Source: Sphagnum compactum (taxonomy: Eukaryota). From it: a DNA stretch of 64,000 nt. The first letter of the stretch is position 1. Every line of letters starts with the position of its first letter. The stretch is taken from NCBI GenBank assembly GCA_965153455.1, contig OZ234493.1, forward strand, positions 3,348,001 to 3,412,000, read 5' to 3'. Positions 37,459 to 50,384 of this stretch are shown here, in pieces. The notes under the pieces are model-generated. The model did no database searches. It saw only the letters and a list, made by a program, of their open reading frames with translations, and was not told where the DNA came from. Position numbers and translations under genes: made by a program.

Positions 37459-38308
37459 TGTCGCAACCCCACTTTGAGGCATGTGTGAGGATGAGACTCA
37501 CACTCATGAAAGTGGGAACTTGGAGTCCTCCGGGACTCTCGAAAACTCAGAGCTTGATTGCAGGGCTCAAAACACCTCGCATTGAGGTGTTCTTTATACA
37601 GTTGGAAAGGTCTTGAAGTGTAGATGTCGAAAATGGCCTTGCATGAGTCATTCCAACATTTGAATCACAAGTTATGGTCGAAAGAAGGGCCGGAAGTCAA
37701 ACTGGCAGTTTGACTCCCGATCACTAAAAGTCGAGAATCGACCCGATCCCGATGCGTGCAGGTGGAGTGCGACACACCGTTGGAAAGCTCTTGAGGAGAG
37801 CTACAAGATTGTTTCAAACCTCATCCCAAGATTGCTCCACACTTCATCCCAACCGGAGGTTTGAGCTGGGAGTTAGGAGCTTTCAAAGTCCCGGGAGTCC
37901 AAACCGGGACAGTTTTGGGACTCCTCCTTGGGAGTCTCGGGACAAAAAGCCATTCGGATGTGCGTGCCGTGGGCGAACGCAGAGAATACTATATGGGGGA
38001 AGGTGGTGGCTTCCCCCGAGTCCGGGCCGTGGTGAGTCTTGTGAGTCCAGAGTTGCCCGTGGCTTGTCCTAGCACCAAGGTTGATCTAGAAAGTGAACTA
38101 ACCAACTTGTTGGTTGGTTTTGATGCAGGTTCGAGTAAGTAAGTAAGTAAGCTTGTCACTCTTCCTAGTCCCATCCCGAGGCTTCAACACGCCCCTCTAC
38201 CCCTTTTAGTGCTGAAGGCTGGGAGCGTGCCCCGAGTCCCTCCCCTTTTCCGTAACTTGAGCAAGTTAGCCCCACCTTAGGACTAACCAGGGACTTGGGA
38301 GCGCGTCA
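37459..38308 (+). repeat. 5' LTR (850 bp)
   Basis: TGTCGCAACC...GCGCGTCA. Direct repeat of 43510-44378, roughly 94-95% identical by eye. Confidence 0.95.
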
Positions 38309-38310
38309 CT

Positions 38311-38322
38311 TGGTATCAGAGC
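38311..38322 (+). promoter_or_regulatory. Primer-binding site complementary to the initiator tRNA-Met 3' end
   Basis: TGGTATCAGAGC, 2 bp after the 5' LTR. Confidence 0.93.
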
Positions 38323-38358
38323 TTAAAGTGAGCTCGATTCACTTCTTGGGAGTTTCGG

Positions 38359-41300
38359 ATGGCACCCAAGAAGAACCGTAAGCAAGCTCAAGAAGCTATG
38401 TTGGAAGAACCCATCGAAGACCTAATAGTTCCGCCAGAGTCAATTGGGGAGGAGGAACCAAGAACCCGAGAGGACCAAGATGAGCCCGAAAGTGAAGAAG
38501 AGCAACGGAGCTCGGTCCTATTCATCCCGGAACAATTGGAGGTCCTCCTCAAAATGAATAGGCCCAACTTCGGTGAGTTGGTGGCAGCCCTCAAAACGAG
38601 GACCTCCAAAAATGAAAGGTTTCAACCGGCCAAGTCCGGGAACTTCGATGGTGCCCGTGACCGAAAGGTTGTGGATGCTTGGCTTGCCGAGATGGATGAT
38701 TATATACATGCCGCCAAGGTTGGACGGCATTCGGCCGTGGAGCTTGCCCAATCCTACTTGAAAGGGTATGCCGCCACATGGTGGAGGACAATGTGACAAG
38801 AGGAAGGGAAGAACCATGGCTACACTTGGGAATTCTTTAAGGAACGCATCGAATCAGAATTTGTTCCAAGGAATTCCGACTACATCTCAAGGTGCAAACT
38901 CCGCGACCTTGTGAATGCCACAAATGGCAACTTGCGGCAATATGGGAGGGCTTATTCGGAACTCATGCTCGAGATCCGGCACATGCATGAGCTGGATCGT
39001 GTGTGCCAATTTGTGATGGGGCTTCCAACTTGGGCCAAGCGTAAGCTAAAGGAAAATTGGCCCTCCTCACTATCTGAAGCCATCATGAAAGTGGAAGGCT
39101 TCTCGGATGTGAGGCGGGGTGAAAAATCCAGGTTCAAGAAGGACAACAAGTTCCTTCACAAGAAGCCAAGGCATGAGGGAGAATGGAACCGAGGGCAAGG
39201 AAGCCCAACGAAGGATAAGCCCAAACAATTCCAAGGCGCGGGGTTCAAACCCAAGGGGAACTTTGTGAAGAAGGGGTTCATTTCAAAGCGAGCCAACTAA
39301 AGGGAGATTTTGGGGTGAAACCCAAAGGAGCTTGTTTCAATTGCAACGAAGTGGGACATTACTCCAAAGATTGTCCCAAGTCCAAAATGGGGAATGGGGG
39401 CTTTAAAGTAATTGCCCTCAATGCCAACCTAGCCCAACTTGAATGCAATCGACTTATCTTCTTAAAGGGGAATATTGGTAAGCGGGATGTGTTATGTATT
39501 TTGGACACAGGGGCTTCTCACAACTTCATAACCCGGGAAAGTGCCGAAAGGATGGAGCTCCACTTGGAGGAGCTCAAGGCACCCATTGAGGTGCACTTCG
39601 CGGATGGGGTTCCCCATCCCACAACGTTACAAGCAAAGGAAGTGCCTTTCTAACTAGGAAATTGGAGAGGAAAGGTGGACTTGTTAGTTTCCACCTTGGG
39701 TGGAATGGATTGCATTTTGGGAATGGAGTTCATCACCCAAAATAACGTGCTCATAGAAGGGCACAATAGGCTAGTTAAAATACCATCTAAAAGTGGGATT
39801 GTGCGGGTGAAGGCACACGAATTGCCTTGTGCGGGTGGACCAACCATCCACTTTATGTTAAAAAAATCCTGGGAAAGAGAATGTGTGGGAACCTATGGCA
39901 TGATGTGTGTTATGCAGGTGTTGGACGAGTATGAGCCCAAGGAAGCCACCGAGTTGGTGACTTCCTCCAAGTGCATAAAGAGAGGTTTGGAAGAGTTTCC
40001 GGATGTGATGCCCGAAGAGTTGCCCAAAGACCTGCCCCCGAGAAGACGAGTTGATCATGCGATCGAGGTGATGCCGGGAGTGGCACCTCCCACCAAGGCC
40101 CCATATCGAATGAGCCATGAAGAGTTGAAAGAGCTTAAGGTTCAACTTGAAGAACTCCTCGCAAAAGGTTATATCAAACCAAGTAAATCACCATATGGGG
40201 CACCCGTCCTTTTTGTTCACAAGAAGGATGGGATGTTGAGGATGTGTGTGGATTATAGAGCCCTCAACAAGGCAACGGTGAAGAACCGGTATCCTTTACC
40301 TCGAATCGATGATCTATTTGATCGTCTCTCGGGAGTTAAGGTGTTTAGTAGGATTGACCTACGTTCGGGGTATTACCAAATTCGGATTGCGGAAGGGGAC
40401 GAAGAAAAGACTACATGTTTGTGGTCGTCTACATAGACGACATTTTGATCTATAGTGGCTCCTTGGAGGAGCATGAGGAGCACCTTCGCAAGGTTTTCCA
40501 AAGGCTAAGGGAAAACAAGTTGTATGCCAAGCTTGAGAAGTGCGAATTCGGGGTGGCGGAAGTGGACTTCCTTGGACATAAGATAACTCAAGAAGGTTTG
40601 AAGATGGATGATCACAAAGTCAAGGCAATTTTGGATTGGGAACCGCCTAAGTTGGTTCTGGCCTTGAGATCCTTCTTAGGATTGGCATCCTACTATCGTA
40701 AGTTCATCAAGAACTTTGCGAAGATAGCCGCACCTTTGACAAACCTCTCAAAGAAGTATGCCATCACTTATGAATGGGAAGAAGCATGCAACAAAGCCTT
40801 TGAGACCTTGAAGGGCATTTTGGTGAAGGCGCCGGTGTTAAAGTTGCCCAACTTTGACAAAGATTTTGAAATCCATTCCGATGCTTCCGACTTTGCAATT
40901 GGAGGAGTCCTAGTGCAAGAAGGAAGACCGGTGGCATTTGAAAGCAAGAAAATTGAGTGAGACGGAGCGAAGGTGGCCAACACACAAGAAGGAAATGTGG
41001 GCGGTCATACATTGTCTCAAGACTTGGGGCCATTATATAGGCTCCAAGGATGTGGTGAATTGGACCGACAATGTGACCTTGAAGTACTTTGCCACTCAAC
41101 CCAAGTTGTCATCAAAACAAGTGAGATGGCAAGACACATTGGCATTGTTCAATGTGGACATTCGGCACAAACCCGGGAAGGAGAACATAGTGTCTGATGC
41201 ATTGAGCCGAAAACACCAACTTAGAGTGGTGTATGTGGGAGAGACGGAACTTCAAAGAGAAGTTCGACTAGCAAGCTACCGGGATGCATTTGCCAAAGAG

Positions 41301-42716
41301 GTGAAGCAAAACATTCAAAATGGAACCAAGTCCCACTTCCATTTGCGAAATGGATTATTGTGGTACAAACAAAACCGATTCTATGTGTCGGAAGGGAAGA
41401 TGAGGGACACCATCTTGAAGGAATGTCATGATGGACCGCTTGCGAGCCATGGTGGTGCAAAACGCACCACAACATTCCTAAAGAAGTCCTACTATTGGCT
41501 TAACTTGAAGGATAGTGCGGAGGAGTATGTGAAGACTTGTTTAACTTGCCAACAAAATCGAACCCTCAACAAGAAGCAAACGGGTTTGTTGCAACCTTTG
41601 CCAATTCCCGAAGGGCCGTGGGAAAGTGTGTCCATGGATTTCATAGTAAGCTTGCCCCCATCAAAGGGATTTGATGTCATCATGGTGGTGGTGGATCGAT
41701 TTAGCAAGATGGCACATTTCATTCCCACAAAAGATGAGGCCATGGCCCAAGAGATAGGTAGGTTGTTCTTCACATATGTCTTCAAGCACCATGGCCTCCC
41801 AAAGGACATAGTTTCGGATCAAGACCCGAAGTTCACAAGCAAGTTTTGGCGAGCCTTGTGGAAGCGTATGGGGTCGGAACTCAAGATGAGCACTTCGTTC
41901 CGCCCCCAAACTAATGGACAAACCGAAAGGGTCAACTTGGTGATCCAACAATTCTTAAGGAATTATGTGGCGGCGGACCAACAAGATTGGGTGGACCATT
42001 TGGAGTTAGCCGAGTTTTGTTACAACAACTCGGAACATTCCACAACTGAGTCCACCCCATTCCAAATGGTGACGGGCAAGTCACCAATTGTGCCCATGAC
42101 TTGGGCAGCACAAGGACAACCCCCAGGTGATGCAAGTGAGGAGGTGTCAATGGTCACACAACTTGATGAAGAAAGGCGGCGCTTGTGGGAGGTGGCCAAG
42201 GCCAATTTGGAAAAGGAGCACAAAAGGTACAAAGATTTTGCGGACAAGTCCTGACGAAAGGTGAAGTTTCAAGAAGGGGACGAAGTGTGGTTGAACATCA
42301 AAAACTTTTAGTTGCTAGAAGGTTTAAGTCGTAAGTTCTTGGGCCCATATGTGGGCCCATTCAAAGTGTTGGAAAAGAAACTTTCCGACAGTTATAAGTT
42401 AGAACTACCGGAAAATCTTAGAGTTCATCCCACATTTCATGTTTCTTTTCTGAAGCCAGTCTCCCGCGATGCCTCAAGGCCTAATCGAGAGCAAAACTCA
42501 AGGCCCCCACCTGACTTGGTTCATAATGAACCAGAGTTTGAGGTGGAGGCCATGCTCAAGTTAAGGCAATTAAGAGGACGAGAACGAGAATACCTAGTTA
42601 AGTGGAAAGGATACCATGCAATAGAGGCTTTTTGGGTGACTGAATCCGATATGGAACATGCCCAAGAAGCCATAGAAGAATTTCACACTAGACCGGCAAA
42701 GAAAAGACGTAGATAG
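38359..42716 (+). pseudogene. gag-pol polyprotein (Gag, CCHC knuckle, aspartic protease, RT, RNase H, integrase, chromodomain), inactivated
   Basis: Motifs CFNCNEVGHYSKDC, LDTGASHNF, YIDD, SDASDFAIGG, integrase zinc-finger H..H..C..C, SMDF / VSDQD / GQTER, and FEVE..YLVKWKGY. Premature stops at 38794, 39298, 39651, 42252 and ~42309, a frameshift at ~40950 and an internal RT deletion at ~40417. Confidence 0.95.
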
Positions 42717-43497
42717 TGATGAGGACATCACCTTTCTTTTAGTGGGCAGAGTGCCACATAAAATGTACCACATCAAGTTACAAGTGAAATAAAGGCAAAA
42801 ACTTCCAAAAAATTGTATCACGAGAATTTTGTATAAGTGCAAATAGGGTCGTCAAATGGCATTGGACAAATGGAACTATCTTGTGTAGGCCCAAATCAAA
42901 ATTGAACTCCTACTTTGGGGTTAATGAAACTTGGCTTCAAGAGAGGAGGCAAGCAAGGTGAGCTTGCGGGGACACGCACATGCCTTAAGTGCATCCCAAA
43001 GGGTTGGTTGGTAGTGGCGGCCAACGCGAGAAGTCATGACCCCGCTCGCGTACTTTAATAATGTAATTTGGGACTTGGGTTTTGGCAAGACCCAAATGTT
43101 GCTTCTCGTACCTTGATAAGCAAACCTTCTAATTAAGGCTTGGTTGTTGTGACCAAGGCGCGAGATTGGAAAAGGAGTCATGTCAAGTAGCTTAAGTCAA
43201 AAGTAGACTTGACTTGAGTTCCTCATGAAGAGAAGAATGAAAAAGTTCCTCGCAAATGAGGGGCTTCGTAAAATTAGGCTAGTTTAGTCCTCTTTTGACA
43301 AAGCATTGGAAGAGGGTTTTTCAGGAGACCTTCTTAGATTTGTCAAGAAAATGTTGGAAACTTGGGGACGCCTAAGTTAGCTTGAGACAAGATCCAAGCC
43401 ACAAAAGTCGGCAAAGATGGCCAAAGATCCAAAAAAAAGCAATTGCAATTGTGTGAGAAAATTCTAAGTGTCAATGAGGACATTGACCTTTTCTTCT

Positions 43498-43509
43498 AGT
43501 GGGGGAGAG
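43498..43509 (+). promoter_or_regulatory. Polypurine tract
   Basis: AGTGGGGGAGAG immediately before the 3' LTR. Confidence 0.9.
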
Positions 43510-44378
43510 TGTCGCAACCCCACTTTGAGGCATGTGTGAAGATGAGACTCACACTCCCGAAAATGGGAACTGAAAGTCCTCCGAGACTCCCAAAAACTCA
43601 ATGCTTGATTGTAGGGGTCAAAACACCTTGCATTGAGGTGTTCTTTATATCGTTGGAAAGGTCTTGAAGTGTAGATGTCGAAAATGGCCTTGTATGAGCC
43701 ATTCCGACATCTAAATCACAAGTTATGGTCGAAAGAAGGGCCGGAAGTCAAACTGGCAGTTTGACTCCCAACCACTAAAAGTCGGGAATCGACCCGATCC
43801 CGATGCGTGCAGGTGGAATGCGACACACCGTTAGAAAGCTCTTGAGGAGAGCTACAAGATTGCTTCAGTCCTCATCCCAAGATTGCTTCAGTCCTCATCC
43901 CAAGATTGCTTCAGACCTCATCCCAATCGGAGGTTTGAGCTGGGAGTTAGGAGCTTTCAAAGTCCCGGGAGTCCAAACCGGGACAGTTTTGGGACTCCTC
44001 CTTGGGAGTCTCGGGACAAAAAGCCATTTGGATGCGGGTGCCGTGGGCGAACGCAGAAAATACTATATGGGGGAAGGTGGTGGCTTCCCCCGAGTCCGGG
44101 CCGTGGTGAGTCTTGTGAGTCAAGAATTGCCTGTGGCTTGTCCTAGCACCAAGGTTGATCTAGAAAGTGAACTAACCAACTTGTTGGTTGGTTTTGATGC
44201 AGGTTCGAGTAAGTAAGTAAGCTTGTCACTCTTCATAGTCCCATCCCGAGGCTTTAGCACGCCCCTCTACCCCTTTTAGTGCCGAAGGCTGGGAGGGTGC
44301 CCCGAGTCCCTCCCCTTTTCCGCAACTTGAGCAAGTTAGCCCCACCTTGGGACTAACTAGGGACGTGAGAGCGCGTCA
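43510..44378 (+). repeat. 3' LTR (869 bp)
   Basis: Direct repeat of the 5' LTR with one extra ~23-bp caagattgcttcagtcctcatcc unit. Confidence 0.95.
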
Positions 44379-46125
44379 CAAAGTAAAGAGCTATTGGGAA
44401 CATGTTGGGAATTTGATGAGAATAAAGTGAAAATTCATGAGACCACATTGAGAGCAAAAAATCCCACCCCCAACCCCGTGCCAACAACATTTTTTTCCTA
44501 GCTAACTGTAGGTAGTTGGTTAATTGTTTTTCAAAATGGCTGAAAATATGCATTTCTTTTGTTTATCTAGTAACCATATTTCAACAATTATTTTTTGAAA
44601 ATCGCTAGATTTCTATATTGGATTCTAGCATGTAGCCAAATATGTAAAGGATTCTTAAATTTTTTAATTATTTTCTTACCTAATCTATAGCCAAATGTGG
44701 CTAAATCTTCTGGTGGATGATCACCAATTTGAATACATCACGAAATTCAAATAAAAAACCCTCCTAGGAAACATCTCAAGAGATGTACTGTAATCATCAT
44801 ACTAATTCAATATCCTTTACCTTAAGGTGCACAGGCCATTGTGATTTTGCAACATGCTACTGCATTTGGGAGGCGTTCCTCATCTCTGTCAGTGCGCCTC
44901 CATGTTTACCTGATTTGTGACAAATTACTTGTTTTTAGTTTACGGTCTTCTATTTTATTAGTGTACTAGTGGTGTCTTCATTGTTATGGTCTTTCATGAC
45001 ATGTGTTCTTGGGCTTTTATTTGCCTTGGTACTTCTTCTGGATGGATTCCCATCCCTGCCTTTTGTATATACAAGTGTTTTCTTTCTTTTCCTTACCTGC
45101 AATACTAACCAGTCATTGCTCAACAATGTTCCAAGGAAGATCATCAGCCAAAAGTAACCCAGGAGAAAAGTAACCAATTCGTTAACCGCATTTGGAGGCC
45201 AGTTTCTAATGAGTCACTGAAGAAAGTTTGGAAATCCCCGCCATTTGCCAGGCTTTAGGGTTTAGTTAAGTAGTATGTGCAGATTTCATCCTCAGTGTTC
45301 CTGTCCAAAAGTTAATGCAAGCCCATGTGAGTTTATTGAACTCAACCCAAACACAAAACAAATGATTGAAAGAAAAAGCGAAGTCCAGAAGGAAACCAGA
45401 TGTTCTACTTGGTTTAGGATTGAGGATGTATCCTAAACCCTAAACGCAGGCAATACTTGACAGACTGGTAATAGCCTGATCACACTCTAAGTGATATTGG
45501 CACCATTGTTTTATTTAGGAATTTTTGTTTCGAGGCAAACTGGATCTACTTTGGTCCCCTGAGGACCAATTTAGCTGAGAAAACTAGTTTCGTCCCCGGA
45601 CAACCGATTTAGCGGAGATTTTTTAAAACTTTTTTCCTGCTGTACTGTTTTGAGATCTTGACTTCTCATTTCATCCCCAGTTTGGCTTACTTCTCACATC
45701 ATTCTAGTAGAAGTTAAAATGTCATTCTGATTAAAATTGAACAAAATGGACAGTATATCATGGTTTCCACATGGGGGCATCTGAGTACTCTTCAGATTTG
45801 AATGTCAAGAATTCCTGACTTATAGCCTAGTATTCCACAGTCATAAAATTGCCAAAGTTGTTCCAACAGATAGGAGGACTTTTATTAGTACTTAAATTTG
45901 ACCTGCGCCCCAACCACGATTCCAGTATTGGCCATGGATGGGAGTAGTTGATGCATACCTTGGACTACCTGGATGGCTATTTCTTCATGTCAAGACTCAT
46001 TGCTTCTGGCTTCCTCACTTGGAAATGTAGACAACCAAAGGTGGATCATGGTGCATTGGCCTCATGTATGCAACCTCAAATCTTTAGAAAAGCCTGGCAT
46101 GTGAAGGAGCTCAATATTGGTTATA

Positions 46126-46565
46126 CAGTAAACTCTCTTTAAATTAATATCCTTGAGACCGGTCGGAAGATATTAGTTTATGGAGGATATTAGTTTACAC
46201 AAATTATATGGGGGGTAACAAAAATTATTCCGGAACCTGTCAGAGCAGCATGGAAGGTCATGGAGGTTAGTAGAAGATCATGCATCATTGGGGAAGGTAA
46301 CGGACTTTCTGTGAACTACGCGAACCTTGTCCGTCATTCTACCAGCTCTGTATTTTCAAAGGTGTTTCCTCTGATTTCATCGCTTTTTTGGTGCCATATG
46401 TATGATGTATTAGTTTATAAAATGCTATGGGATCGAAAAAAATATTGAATATCAGTTTATGGAGAATTATTAGATTAAGTATGAGGCCCGCCACGGGCCT
46501 GTGCCCGCATATTAATTTAGAGAGAACATTAATTTACACAGTATTAGTTTAGAGAGAGTTTAGTG
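46126..46565. mobile_element. pogo-type (Emigrant/Lemi1-like) MITE, 440 bp
   Basis: TA|CAGTAAACTCTCTTTAAATTAATA ... TATTAGTTTAGAGAGAGTTTAGTG|TA. TA target duplication on both sides. Confidence 0.85.
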
Positions 46566-46587
46566 TATGTACATGCACTGCACGTGA

Positions 46588-49235
46588 TCTTTATTCAAGA
46601 GATTCTTCCTATGTACAAGCTAAGTTCCACAAAATGTGTGAACTGAATATGAATTCCAGGTGCTGTTAACTACTCTGTTTCTCTTTTCCTTCTTCCCCCC
46701 TTATTCAGTAACTGGCCCAATGGTCTGCTGGGATACACAAGGGGTTGGGGTAGCTAACCACAGGTGAAAAAATTGAGCACAATAAATGACCTGTGTGTAC
46801 AAATTGAAATAAATTGATGACTCTTTCATGCTTGGTTGCTTCCTATGGCTAAAAAGAATGATGGGTTTGGAAAACCCACAAAGAATTTGTGTTCAATATG
46901 TCCTAAAGCTATCTATTCTTCAAGCACAAAGACCCAGAAAGGTTTTCCTGGGTTCAATGTCCTGAGCTTTCTTTCCAGCAACAAGAAAACCATCTAGCTG
47001 AAGCATGTACTGCAATTCATGTGTTCAGAGGTGCTGCTACTGATGATTGTCACCAGATATCACACTTCCCAGGTTTAATTTTACTCCCACCTCCATCTCC
47101 ATAGCCACCACCATCAACTCCCCACCCCAAAATATTCGTTGTGCTGCCTGTACACATAGCGCCCCCAGGGGGAGGTGGGGGATTCCATGGCGATCCTTTG
47201 CCATCTCCAAAAGATTTGAGGAACTGGGTTCTCTTTGGAGGTTTGTAGTTTGACGATCCACCGTCTCCTTCGTTGTCAGCAAGATAGACATACTGGCGAT
47301 TCTCGATGGCCATCCTGCCGCAGAAGCTCTGGTGTAATTCCTGCCCCTGTCCTGCAGATACACTCTTGCGGTAACTGTCTGGATCCACCACCTTAGATAG
47401 CGCCGGCCAGGTCATTGTGTTGTTGTCTGCGGTCATCCAACAAACCAAATTCTGCAAGCCTTAGGAAATCTGGCTTTGACACTCTCTGAGAAGTCTGGTA
47501 GCTCCAAATGAAAGCTGCAGCTCTGGATCGAATCCACACACCAAAAAGCCAAGAAAACCAAGATCTAGAACGGGGAGGGAATATGCTGGAAGTTTTGTAT
47601 TGGTCTAGCTTGAGTCCAAGGGGAAATGAGAATTTGGAGAAATAGGAATTCTGCAGGGACAAATTGTAGTACTTAGATATGATCTAGGAGCTGGAAGAAG
47701 CTGGAAACGAAGTTTTCACTGAGGAAACTCCTAATTGATCGTTGAAATCGAAAAAGGATGTAATTGCAGGACTTCGGTTCACCACAATCCAGTCGAATGA
47801 TGTCTTAATTGAGCTGATTCGAAAAGAATATGGAAAAATCCAACTTTGTGATTGAACTGATGAATATCCCACTCGATGCTGCGCTCTTTGATGGAGAAGA
47901 GACTGTTGAGTGAAGAATTAGCGGAGCTAACGGTTTCCTATATATTCTCTCTAAGCTCCCAGTCATGCCAAACCAAAGAAAAATCTCCAAGGGTTAGTTC
48001 TGCTAGAATGAATTACTCGGCGTGGTCCTATTCTTGCATCGCAAGAAACACGCATTTACCGTTGTCGAAATTGTTTGTTTTGGTGGGTGGGGGATCGCTG
48101 CAAGCATTTACCTCCACATGGGCGGGTTATGAAAACCCCGGAGCTCCGGCGTATTATGTAAGGAACTGGAAATTTTCGTAGCTCCGCATCGCGAACTTCG
48201 CGCTTTGAGCGAACCTGTTTCTCATCACGCGTTGCCAGTGCAATCGAGTAGCTGTTCGGATATCACTTGGAAATTTTTCAATTCTCGGTAAGAATTTGGT
48301 GGGTCACAGCGCCAGCAGCATGTGTGGCGAAATTACAACAGAAATTAGCGAATGTAAACAACCATGGAGTAACCGCTAATTCACTTTTGCAACTTCTTCT
48401 GTCGACGTCCCCAGACCAAATTTACCGGAAGCTCATACGAAATCGTCAACAAATTTAGGTGGATCATGGACTTTCCGAACAGATTTGTCGAAACAGATCC
48501 TGTCGGGGCTTCTGTGTCCACCATTACATCTAATGAGTTCATCCATGTCGCCAATGAAAAGAGTTAAGTTGTAATCCATCTAACAAATGTTGACAGTTAT
48601 ACCTATCAATTGTGCACGTGTAGGATAAAGGCCTACAGTGGGAGAAGTCCCAAAATATGGGGCCTAAGATGAGGACTTCGGCAGTTGCACAGTCTGGCCC
48701 CACATTTTGGGATTACCCACCCCCCCCCCCCCCCCCCTCCCCTTCGTGGGCTTTCCCCATCATACATGATGACATTATCATAAACATAATTTGAGTAGGA
48801 TCTTGGCCATTTGATATGGACAGCAAAGGTTCACACATCATTACATGGTAAGGCACTTGGATGGGGCCTTATCAGAATAAGGCACCCATCACCTAAGGTT
48901 GATGCCATATTTTGGTAATGTCAGTGGTGGGCACCTTATTATTCTAATCCCTCCATCTGCAGGCCTTATGCACCTCTTAAACATAGGTAGATCAGAAGTT
49001 GTAAGACAGGAGGGTTCTTACACCTACTAGTTAAGAGTTGGAAAGATCTTAAATCTATAAGTAGGCATAATTTCGCTCAAATTCTTGAGTAGCTACAGTA
49101 AGATTCTTCCTCGTTTATAGAGGAGTGATATTCATGAATATAATGTGCCCGCAAAAATTCAATGGCCCTACAGAATTTCTTAGGCTCACTTTAGATTTGG
49201 GGACCACGCATTCCAGTCCTTTGACTGACCCCTCT
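46588..49235 (-). repeat. Left arm of a large inverted duplication
   Basis: Reverse complement aligns continuously with ~56680-59785 (e.g. gcttgtacatagg, aaggcacttggatggggccttatcagaa). Confidence 0.93.
47050..47415 (-). CDS. Candidate 121-aa Gly/Pro-rich small protein of unknown function (copy A)
   Basis: ATG in acaATG context. The ORF is open with identical length in both inverted arms. TATATA upstream at 47939-47944. No recognised domain. Confidence 0.45.
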   Translation of the reverse strand: MTWPALSKVVDPDSYRKSVSAGQGQELHQSFCGRMAIENRQYVYLADNEGDGGSSNYKPPKRTQFLKSFGDGKGSPWNPPPPPGGAMCTGSTTNILGWGVDGGGYGDGGGSKIKPGKCDIW

Positions 49236-50384
49236 TTGACTGACCGTGGTTCGGTATATACCGACACCAACTGCATATCTAAAAACCACCACGAAAACAA
49301 ACCGAAGATATCCTTTTTAAAGTGGGCCCAGACATCGAACCACGTTTCCTAGCCCCTCGCCGCTCCGACTGGATTTGGACACTGGACCCCAGGTACCCAG
49401 GATCAGGTCAAGGTCAGCCCCCCTCCCCCGCTCCCAAATTCGGGAGTCTTGAGGAACAAGTTACAAGATTGCACTTTCTTGCCGACAGAATCCCCGCCTT
49501 GTACTGCAATGTGGTCTCTATATGAACATTCCATCCGGCACCGCCTCACACAGCCACCTGCTGCGCCGGATCCGGACACTCGACCCCACCCAGGATCCCA
49601 TTTCCACGTACCAACTACTGTTGCCTTCTACTGCATTTTCCTGAAAATTGAAGTTTGTGATTTTCCCTCGGGCTTTCCCCTATTTTTTATAAATTTAATT
49701 TGTAGTGACGTGGGCGGGTGTTTAATTTTGCTACTACCGTAACTGTCAGTTTCAGTTTTCTTTATATTTTGGAATTAGGGAACTAGCGGCTTTGATTTTA
49801 TTTTCCAACAGCAGATCAGAATCAAATAATTGTCAGTTCTAGTTATTTCAAAAACCTCAAAGCGCCAGTGGTGTTCATGAGAGAACAGGTAAAGAATTAG
49901 GGTACCCAGGCCTGTAACTGTCGCGGCCAAAAATGAGGCGATGGAAAAAGTTTCAACCAATCATGAGGTCTACAAAACAAGGTTAGCGAGTCCACCCCAG
50001 TAATTGCTTTCAACCTTCATCTTCCCAAACGCGCCCTCCTAGGCGCACAACACTAAGCGAATCAAGCCAACTCAAATTATGCAATAATGGTGGATAATCA
50101 TATTTTTTAGAGGTACTAAGTACAATTCTATAGATGAGCAAAACGATGATTGCATTAGTAAGAAAGATCTTTGGGAAAGGCACTAAAAAGTCATGTTCAA
50201 ACATTTCTTCAAACCTTTTTTTTATGTTTTTTAATCAAATTTTCCATGTTGTAGTAAGTTATGTATGGAAGTATGCATACATTCTAGGAACATTTCAGGG
50301 TAAACACCCCATCTAAATAATTTCAACAACAAAAGGTAAAACCATTAGAACTTCTCTTTTATTTAAATTGAAATTTTTTTGGAA

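Larger units (their letters stand above)
37459..44378 (+). mobile_element. Full-length degenerate Ty3/gypsy chromovirus LTR retrotransposon (Galadriel-like by motif inspection)
   Basis: TG...CA LTRs at 37459-38308 and 43510-44378. 5-bp TSD CAAAG (37454-58, 44379-83). PBS TGGTATCAGAGC and PPT AGTGGGGGAGAG. Domain order gag-PR-RT-RH-INT-chromodomain. Confidence 0.96.

Noticed and set aside
37752-38174. ORFs within the LTRs (also 43803-44216)
   Set aside because: They lie in LTR sequence, and their frames differ between the two LTR copies.
46948-47404. Partial matches to miR390 or its target (tcctgagctt at ~46960; gatagcgcc at ~47396), suggesting a TAS3 or MIR390 locus
   Set aside because: Only 9-10 nt match, the rest is mismatched, and I saw no tasiARF/tasiAP2 core or precursor hairpin.
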